From: Chloroflexota bacterium
Lineage (GTDB): Bacteria; Chloroflexota; UBA11872; UBA12225
Length of the DNA: 30,253 nucleotides
Assembly (NCBI GenBank): GCA_016199265.1
Contig: JACQGX010000284.1
Coordinates: forward strand, 1 to 30,253
Direction of reading: 5' to 3'
Shown here one piece after another: positions 24,853-30,253 of this stretch. Each line of letters opens with the position of its first letter. Positions within the stretch are counted from its first letter, which is position 1. A program made the position numbers and the translations under genes. The notes beneath the pieces are model-generated. The model had not been told where the DNA came from. It saw nothing but the letters and a program-made list of their open reading frames with translations, and searched no databases.

Positions 24853-27285
24853 TTGGCCGTCCGGTTTCCCTGGTATTGGGCGAAAGGCAGAGGGGAATGC
24901 TGCATTCGACCTGCGCCTTTCGCCCTTCGTCATGTTCCTGCAGTGATTAGTCAGACACCCACAGCATCGCACTCGCCCGCCGCTTCTCCGACCGCTTCAG
25001 GCGCCCGCGGCCTCCGGGCCCAACTTGCCCGCACGTACGTTGCGGCGCTCGGCCGGATGGACAACCCAAGTCTCCTGCCGCTCGCACTCGCCCAAGCCGG
25101 CTCGCTCGTACCCGATGGCCCGAACGGCTTGGCGCTGCTGCACGAGTTTGCCGGCCGTCCGGAATGGCCGGCGCGCTACCTCGCCGCGCGGCAGCTCGGC
25201 GAGCGTGGCGCCGCTGCCGGCGCCGAAGCGCAGGCGGCCGCCTGGCCGGTGCTTCTGTATTTGGCGGCCGATACGGAACGATGGGTGGCCGAAGGCGCGG
25301 CCTGGGGCCTCGGCGCGCTCCTCCGCGCTGATCCAGAACGGTGGGGGCCGGCCTTTCTGGCGGGGTTTGGGGGAGAGGCGACGGCGGCTGCGGTACGACG
25401 CGCGTTGCTCTTCGGCGTTGTGCCGGCGTTGCGGGAGGGCCCTGACGGTGCGCGGCGCATCGCACTCGAGGTGATCGATTGGGCGGCGGGCGATCAATCG
25501 AGCGCGACGCGGCAGCTCGGCTCGTTGATTGTCGGACGCGAAGCGGCGGAGCACGCGCCGGACACAGCGCTCGATCTGGTGGAGAGATGGGCGTCGTCCG
25601 GCGATCCCGCCCGCCAATGGCAGGCCGCGCGCGCGCTGACGGCGAGCCTGCGCGCGATCGACGAGCAGCGAGCGGCCGCGATCGTGACCCACCTCGAAGC
25701 CTCTCCCGATCCCGCCGTGCGCAACGCGCTGCGCGGTGCCCTGAGGGAGGGGACCGAGGACGAAGACGAGGTGGTCGGGCACGGACCGCAACACAACAGA
25801 ACGGGCGGAACAGGGGACATGGCCGTATCACACGGGGCCTTGGCACCGGCCTCCACCACCGCTAGGCCCGCGCCCGCCGAATACACGACCAACCGCGCCC
25901 CCACCGTTCCCGTGGCACCCACGCCTGACGGCGCCGCCTCCGCCGTATCTCCGTCCCCCGGACCCTGGCAGACGACGGCCGACATTCCGGTCAGCGACGA
26001 CTTGATCGACCAGGTCATCGGGCAGGACCGCGCGGTCGAGATCGTGCGTCTCGCCGCGCGGCAGCGGCGCTTCGTCCTGATGGTCGGCGAGCCGGGTACG
26101 GGCAAGAGCATGCTCGCTGCAGCGATGGCCGAGATGATGGGCGCCGACGATCTCGAGGACGTACTGGTGCTGCCCAATCCGGAGAGCCGGATTACGCCGC
26201 AAGTGGAGGTCACGCCGGCGGCGCAGGGTGAGCAGGCCGTGCGGGAGGCGAAGAAACGGCGCGGCGAAGCCGAGACGGCGATTACGTTTCTGTTCTGGGC
26301 CGCGTCGATCGCGACGACGCTCATTGCCGGCTGGTACGCGCTGGCGACCAGGAGCGCCGTACCGGGAATCGCCGCGGCGGTCGTGGTCGCAGTGCTGTGG
26401 GGCGTGCGCCGCATGTTCCGCGCGCCGGCGCGTCACCCGGTGCCGAAGCTGCTCGTGAACAACGCTCGGGCCGTCGAGTCCAACCGGGCGCCGCTCGTCG
26501 ACGCCACGGGGTTCCACGCCGGCGCGCTGCTCGGCGACGTCCGGCACGACCCGTTCCAATCGGGCGGCTACGAGACGCCGCCGCACGAGCTCGTCGAGCC
26601 AGGCGCGATTCACCTGGCGCATCGAGGGGTGCTCTTTATCGACGAGGTTTCGACGCTCTCGATCGAGTCGCAGCAATCGCTGCTGACCGCGATCCAGGAA
26701 AAGCGGTTCCCGATTTCGGGCCGCACGCTCGGCTCCTCGGGCACGATGATCCGGTCCGCGCCCACGCCGTGCGATTTCCTGCTCATCCTTGCGGGGAACA
26801 TGGAGGATGTGCAGAAGATGCATCCTGCGCTGCGCTCGCGCGTCCGCGGCTACGGCTACGAGATCTATGTGAACGAGGACATGCCGGACAGCGAGGAGAA
26901 CCGGGCCAAGCTGGCACGCTTCTGCGCACAAGAGGTGCGGAAAGACCGCAAGATCCCGCACCTCAGCCGGGCAGCGGTCGACGCGGTGATCGACGAGGCG
27001 CGCATTCGCGCCGGAACCAGGGACCGGTTGACGACCCGCCTGCGCGAGCTAGGCGGGCTCATCCGTGCCGCCGGCGACCTCGCCGTGCAAGAGGGCGCAC
27101 CGCTCATTGAACCGCGCCACGTCATCGCCGCCCGCCAGAACACCCGGACGCTGGAAGAGCAAATGGAGGCGAGGAAGTCTACTTCGCCACGTCTTCCAGC
27201 TCCGGCAGTAGCACCACGCTCTCCTGCTCGTTCGGATCGGTCCGCGCGAGGATGGCGGTACACGGCTCGGTTTGGCTCAGGTTGA
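24853..27285 (+). CDS. Fusion protein. N-terminal HEAT/AlkD-like helical repeat domain, then an archaeal-type LonB AAA+ module with a two-helix transmembrane insertion between Walker A and Walker B. No Lon protease domain. Start uncertain; an ATG at 25057 is possible.
   Basis: DLIDQVIGQDRAVEIVRLAARQRRFVLMVGEPGTGKSML (Walker A). LEDVLVLPNPESRITPQVEVTPAAQGE. TM hairpin AITFLFWAASIATTLIAGWYALA / GIAAAVVVAVLWGV. GVLFIDEV (Walker B). RFPISGRTLGSSGTMIRSAPTPCDFLLILAGN. HPALRSRVRGYGYEIYV. All are LonB-type signatures. The ORF ends about 60 aa after the AAA lid, inside the antisense of the cupin gene. Confidence 0.65.
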   Translation: MAVRFPWYWAKGRGECCIRPAPFALRHVPAVISQTPTASHSPAASPTASGARGLRAQLARTYVAALGRMDNPSLLPLALAQAGSLVPDGPNGLALLHEFAGRPEWPARYLAARQLGERGAAAGAEAQAAAWPVLLYLAADTERWVAEGAAWGLGALLRADPERWGPAFLAGFGGEATAAAVRRALLFGVVPALREGPDGARRIALEVIDWAAGDQSSATRQLGSLIVGREAAEHAPDTALDLVERWASSGDPARQWQAARALTASLRAIDEQRAAAIVTHLEASPDPAVRNALRGALREGTEDEDEVVGHGPQHNRTGGTGDMAVSHGALAPASTTARPAPAEYTTNRAPTVPVAPTPDGAASAVSPSPGPWQTTADIPVSDDLIDQVIGQDRAVEIVRLAARQRRFVLMVGEPGTGKSMLAAAMAEMMGADDLEDVLVLPNPESRITPQVEVTPAAQGEQAVREAKKRRGEAETAITFLFWAASIATTLIAGWYALATRSAVPGIAAAVVVAVLWGVRRMFRAPARHPVPKLLVNNARAVESNRAPLVDATGFHAGALLGDVRHDPFQSGGYETPPHELVEPGAIHLAHRGVLFIDEVSTLSIESQQSLLTAIQEKRFPISGRTLGSSGTMIRSAPTPCDFLLILAGNMEDVQKMHPALRSRVRGYGYEIYVNEDMPDSEENRAKLARFCAQEVRKDRKIPHLSRAAVDAVIDEARIRAGTRDRLTTRLRELGGLIRAAGDLAVQEGAPLIEPRHVIAARQNTRTLEEQMEARKSTSPRLPAPAVAPRSPARSDRSARGWRYTARFGSG

Positions 27286-27613
27286 TTGGGACGTGCGGTA
27301 CGCCCGCCGGGATGTACAGGAATTCGCCGCTGCGTACCACCAGCCGCTCGCGCAGCCCTTCCCCGTAGAGCATTTCTGCTTCGCCGCTCAGGACGTAGAC
27401 GGTCGTTTCGTGGTCCTGATGCAGGTGCGTCCGCGCGCGGGCGCCCGGCGGAATCGTCAGAAGGTGCATGCAGATGGCCTTCGACCCGGCGTTCTGCGCC
27501 GAAATACCCTCAAAGTAGGAGAGCTGCTGCTTGCCCGCGTAGGTCTGCCCCTGCCCGGCACGGATCACCACACAACCGGTCTCCCGACCACCCACTGTTT
27601 GCTCGGTCACCAT
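27179..27613 (-). CDS. Cupin-domain protein (cupin_2 conserved barrel).
   Basis: GGAGGTG RBS 6 nt before ATG 27613. Cupin motifs THLHQDHETTVYVLSGEAEM and GEFLYIPAGVPHVPIN. 3' end overlaps the convergent LonB-like ORF by about 107 nt. Confidence 0.8.
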   Translation of the reverse strand: MVTEQTVGGRETGCVVIRAGQGQTYAGKQQLSYFEGISAQNAGSKAICMHLLTIPPGARARTHLHQDHETTVYVLSGEAEMLYGEGLRERLVVRSGEFLYIPAGVPHVPINLSQTEPCTAILARTDPNEQESVVLLPELEDVAK

Positions 27614-27707
27614 TGAGACACCTCCGCCCTCCGGCGGCACCGCATGGCACCGCCGGGTGAAGGGCCGCTACCGCAAGAATCGTGCCTGCGCGCAGTCTCA
27701 CCCCGTC

Positions 27708-29252
27708 TTACCGGGCCATCGCAACGACCCGGTACACCGTTCCATCGCCCAGGCCGGTGACGTAGAGCTCGCCGGCTTCGTCTTCGCCGAACGAGCTGAT
27801 CTGGACATCGGTGTCGAGTAGCTCGGTCTGGACCCACTTGCCGGCCGGATCGCGGTGGAGCGACCAGATGCGGCCGCTGCAGTAGTCGCCGAAGAGGTAG
27901 GCGCCGACGAGCAAGGGAGACTGCCGGCCGCGGTAAACGTAGCCGCCGGTGATCGAACACCCCAGGCTGTGGGCGTACTCGCCGATAGGCTGGACAAACC
28001 CATCGCGATCGCAGGTGCTGTTGGCCGGATAGCAGTGCAGCCCTTCTGTGCGGGGCCAGCCGAAATTCAGTCCACCCGGCGTGCCGGCGGCGACGAAGTT
28101 GACTTCTTCGTACATGTTCTGACCGACGTCGGCAATATACAGATCGCCCGTTGCCCGGTCGAAGGTGTAGCGCCAGGGGTTGCGCAGGCCGGTGAACCAG
28201 ATTTCCGGACGCGCCGTCGCAACGCCTGCGAATGGGTTATCTGGTGGGATGGCATACGCGTTCCCGCGTTCCGCTCGGTCGACGTCGAGGCGCAGCATCT
28301 TGCCCAGGAGCGCCTGGCCGTTCTGCGCGTTGCGGAACTGGTCGCCGGCGCCGCCGCCGTCGCCGGTGCCGATGTAGAGGTAGCCGTCCGGACCGAAAAC
28401 AAGATTGCCGCCGTTGTGATTCGCCGCCGGCTGCGGGATGCGTAACACGATCTGTGCAGTCGAGGGGTCGGCGATGTCCCGTGTACCGCCCGACGCGCGT
28501 GCCGTGTAGCGCGCGACGACGGTATTGCCGGCGCTGTCGGTGTAGTTGACGTACAGGTACCCGTTCTGCGCGTATCTGGGATGGAACGCTAGCCCGAGCA
28601 GTCCTTGCTCGCTGCCGCTCGAGCGGACCAGCGGCTGAATATCGAGCAGCGGCGCCGGTAGAATGGCACCGCCGTCGATCACTCGGATGATGCCACGCTT
28701 CTCGGCGACGTAGGCACGGCCGCTGCCATCGGCCGCATGCGTCAACTGGAGCGGGCCCGCGAGGCCGCGCACGAGCGGCTCGAGGCGCAGCGCGACTCTG
28801 GTTGGGTCGAAGGCAGCCAAGACGGGCACGGTCGCAATTGCCGTCGTGCCCGGTGTGCCGGCGTCAGCCTCCCAGGGAAAACGCTCGGTATTGAGACGGG
28901 ACTGGACGCCGCCGGGGCCGTCGATCCACGTCCGGTCTCCGTCGGTAAATGCCGTCCAATTGTCCGCCTTGCGGTAGACGGCGAGCCCATTGGCCGTCTG
29001 CTGGACGGAGTCGCCACTCGGCGCGGGGACCTCATTTTCGACGCACTCTCCCATGATGCGAGGAATCTGCTGGTAGAGCGCCCGGAAGCCGAGGACGTAC
29101 TGGCATCCCTGGGTCTGTGCCGCCGCCGAGCGCGACGGTTCTCCTGTGGCCAGGGTACCGAGCACCACTGCGCCGGCCAGCGCCGCCGGAATCAATCTTT
29201 GGACCGCCGAGACAGGAAACCGGAAAAGGAAGAGGCATCGCCTGAGTCGCAC
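27708..29252 (-). CDS. PQQ-dependent soluble sugar dehydrogenase (SGDH / glucose-sorbosone dehydrogenase beta-propeller family) with a signal peptide and an extra N-terminal domain.
   Basis: GLLGLAFHP, HNGGNLVFGPDGYLYIGTGDGG, WFTGLRNPWR and GGYVYRG motifs typical of the SGDH family. 514 aa. Confidence 0.85.
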   Translation of the reverse strand: MRLRRCLFLFRFPVSAVQRLIPAALAGAVVLGTLATGEPSRSAAAQTQGCQYVLGFRALYQQIPRIMGECVENEVPAPSGDSVQQTANGLAVYRKADNWTAFTDGDRTWIDGPGGVQSRLNTERFPWEADAGTPGTTAIATVPVLAAFDPTRVALRLEPLVRGLAGPLQLTHAADGSGRAYVAEKRGIIRVIDGGAILPAPLLDIQPLVRSSGSEQGLLGLAFHPRYAQNGYLYVNYTDSAGNTVVARYTARASGGTRDIADPSTAQIVLRIPQPAANHNGGNLVFGPDGYLYIGTGDGGGAGDQFRNAQNGQALLGKMLRLDVDRAERGNAYAIPPDNPFAGVATARPEIWFTGLRNPWRYTFDRATGDLYIADVGQNMYEEVNFVAAGTPGGLNFGWPRTEGLHCYPANSTCDRDGFVQPIGEYAHSLGCSITGGYVYRGRQSPLLVGAYLFGDYCSGRIWSLHRDPAGKWVQTELLDTDVQISSFGEDEAGELYVTGLGDGTVYRVVAMAR

Positions 29253-29304
29253 GACTCTGAAACGGTGGCGGCGCCGCTACCGGTACCACTCGCGGCCGCG
29301 TCTA

Positions 29305-30253
29305 CTACCGACGCTTCAACCGCCGCACGTCGTCCTGCGCCTCGGCCGCGATATTGTGCCGCTCGCCGGCATCGGTCTGGTGATCGAACAGCAACGCGCC
29401 GTCCTGCTGGTGTTCGACCAGCTTGTAGCGGCCGTCGAAGACCATCCGCCAGCGATCGAGCGCCGAGGTAACGCACTCGCGATGGCTCTCCGCCCTGCCG
29501 GACAGCACCGGCACGAGCGAACGGCTGTCCATCTCCGGCAGCGGCTCGAGGCCCGCAAGCTCTAGAAAGGTGGCCGTCAGATCGTGCAGTAACACAAGCG
29601 CGGCGCTCACGACCCCCGCTCGCACGCCCGGCCCGGCGACGATCAGCGGCACACCGACCGACGGCTGGTAGTAGGTGCTCTTGGCCCAGCGGTTGTGCTC
29701 TCCCAGCATCTCGCCGTGATCGCTGCTGTAGACGATTACCGTGCGGTCGAGCTCGCCCCGCACCTCGACCAGTTCGAGGTAGCGTCCGATGTGGTCGTCG
29801 ATGTTCTCCAGCATCGCGGCGTAGTTCTGCCGGATTCGGCGGTGCGTCGCGGCGTCGAGCTGGTCGTTGGTCTCGGGCGGTGGGAGCTCGATGCCCTCCC
29901 AGCGGCGCTGCATCGATTCGGTCACGTCCATCGGGTTGTGCGGCCCGGTGAAGTTGACCACCAGGTGCCATGGCCGTCCGGCTGGGAAACGCTCGAGCAG
30001 GCGGAGACCGTTTTCGGCGATCCAGTTGTCGCAGTAGGCGTCGTCGGGCAGCGGCGTCGGATGCGTCGCGGCGTAGCCCTTGCGACCACGGAAATCGTCG
30101 ACGTGAAGCTGTGCCAAGCCACGCGCGTGCAGGTGCGCCATGTACGGCCCTTTCGGCTCGAGCGCACCGCTCCGCACGGCGTCCATCTTGCCCTCGTTGT
30201 CGATTCCCTCGGTAAACCCCCACTCGGGCAGGCAAGCGTCGCCACTTAGTCCC
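29305..30253 (-). CDS. Sulfatase-family protein, partial (N-terminal part beyond window end). The reading frame is open from 30186 to the window edge.
   Basis: Frame stays open upstream of the track's ATG at 30186 (…GLSGDACLPEWGFTEGIDNEGK-MDAVRSG…). Sulfatase-like core HLVVNFTGPHNPMD...YSSDHGEMLGEH. 52 nt upstream of the SGDH gene on the same strand. Confidence 0.7.
   Translation of the reverse strand, partial: GLSGDACLPEWGFTEGIDNEGKMDAVRSGALEPKGPYMAHLHARGLAQLHVDDFRGRKGYAATHPTPLPDDAYCDNWIAENGLRLLERFPAGRPWHLVVNFTGPHNPMDVTESMQRRWEGIELPPPETNDQLDAATHRRIRQNYAAMLENIDDHIGRYLELVEVRGELDRTVIVYSSDHGEMLGEHNRWAKSTYYQPSVGVPLIVAGPGVRAGVVSAALVLLHDLTATFLELAGLEPLPEMDSRSLVPVLSGRAESHRECVTSALDRWRMVFDGRYKLVEHQQDGALLFDHQTDAGERHNIAAEAQDDVRRLKRR

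Noticed and set aside
24878-24928. Hairpin GGGCGAAAGGC...GCCTTTCGCCC (11-bp arms, about 26-nt loop) just upstream of the LonB-like ORF, as a further member of the GGACGAA element family.
   Set aside because: The arms share only a CGAAGG-like core with that family and there are no heptamer iterations. More likely a local regulatory or terminator-like structure. Left unclassified.

Overview
This is a high-GC (roughly 68-70%) bacterial chromosomal window. Many genes use GTG or TTG starts and GGAGG-type ribosome-binding sites. I support about 29 protein-coding genes on both strands. Note on method: internal start codons are placed by codon offset from the supplied ORF track. Coordinates that I counted directly in the raw text may be off by 1-2 nt.

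Recognisable genes:
- Housekeeping and metabolic genes: protein-L-isoaspartate O-methyltransferase, a SelA-like PLP enzyme, a phosphoribosyltransferase paired with a dienelactone hydrolase, a flotillin/SPFH protein, a DHA2-type MFS transporter, a lipoprotein sugar-binding protein, a cupin, a PQQ-dependent sugar dehydrogenase and a partial sulfatase.
- A copper cluster: csoR-copA-copZ, then a CbtB-like small protein and two paralogous membrane-anchored proteins. A CopD-like membrane protein and an Flp-type pilin sit elsewhere in the window.
- An ArnT/PMT-like GT-C glycosyltransferase.

Strongest non-standard signal: the window is full of short palindromic, MITE-like elements built from tandem heptanucleotide repeats. 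Six heptamer families are visible (GTGCAAA, GGACGAA, GTCCGAA, GTCCAAA, GGGGACY, GCAGYAG). Most copies sit exactly at gene boundaries. Three are inserted in-frame inside intact coding sequences: twice in the glycosyltransferase and once in the CopA P-type ATPase. This resembles Rickettsia palindromic elements.

Other unusual items:
- A protein combining a double zinc ribbon, a Pro/Ala-rich linker and a voltage-sensor-like membrane domain, transcribed divergently from flotillin.
- An N-terminal HEAT-like repeat domain fused to an archaeal-type LonB AAA+ module with a transmembrane hairpin. The protease domain is missing and the 3' end overlaps the convergent cupin gene.
- An orphan unit made of a near-consensus promoter, a 24-codon sORF and a terminator, lying between convergent genes.
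- A glutathione-peroxidase gene remnant with an in-frame TGA at the catalytic Cys/Sec codon.
- A 30-bp perfect C-tract/G-tract palindrome in the csoR promoter, a likely CsoR operator.
- A 137-bp element bounded by 18-20-bp terminal inverted repeats.

I found no rRNA, tRNA or CRISPR array.
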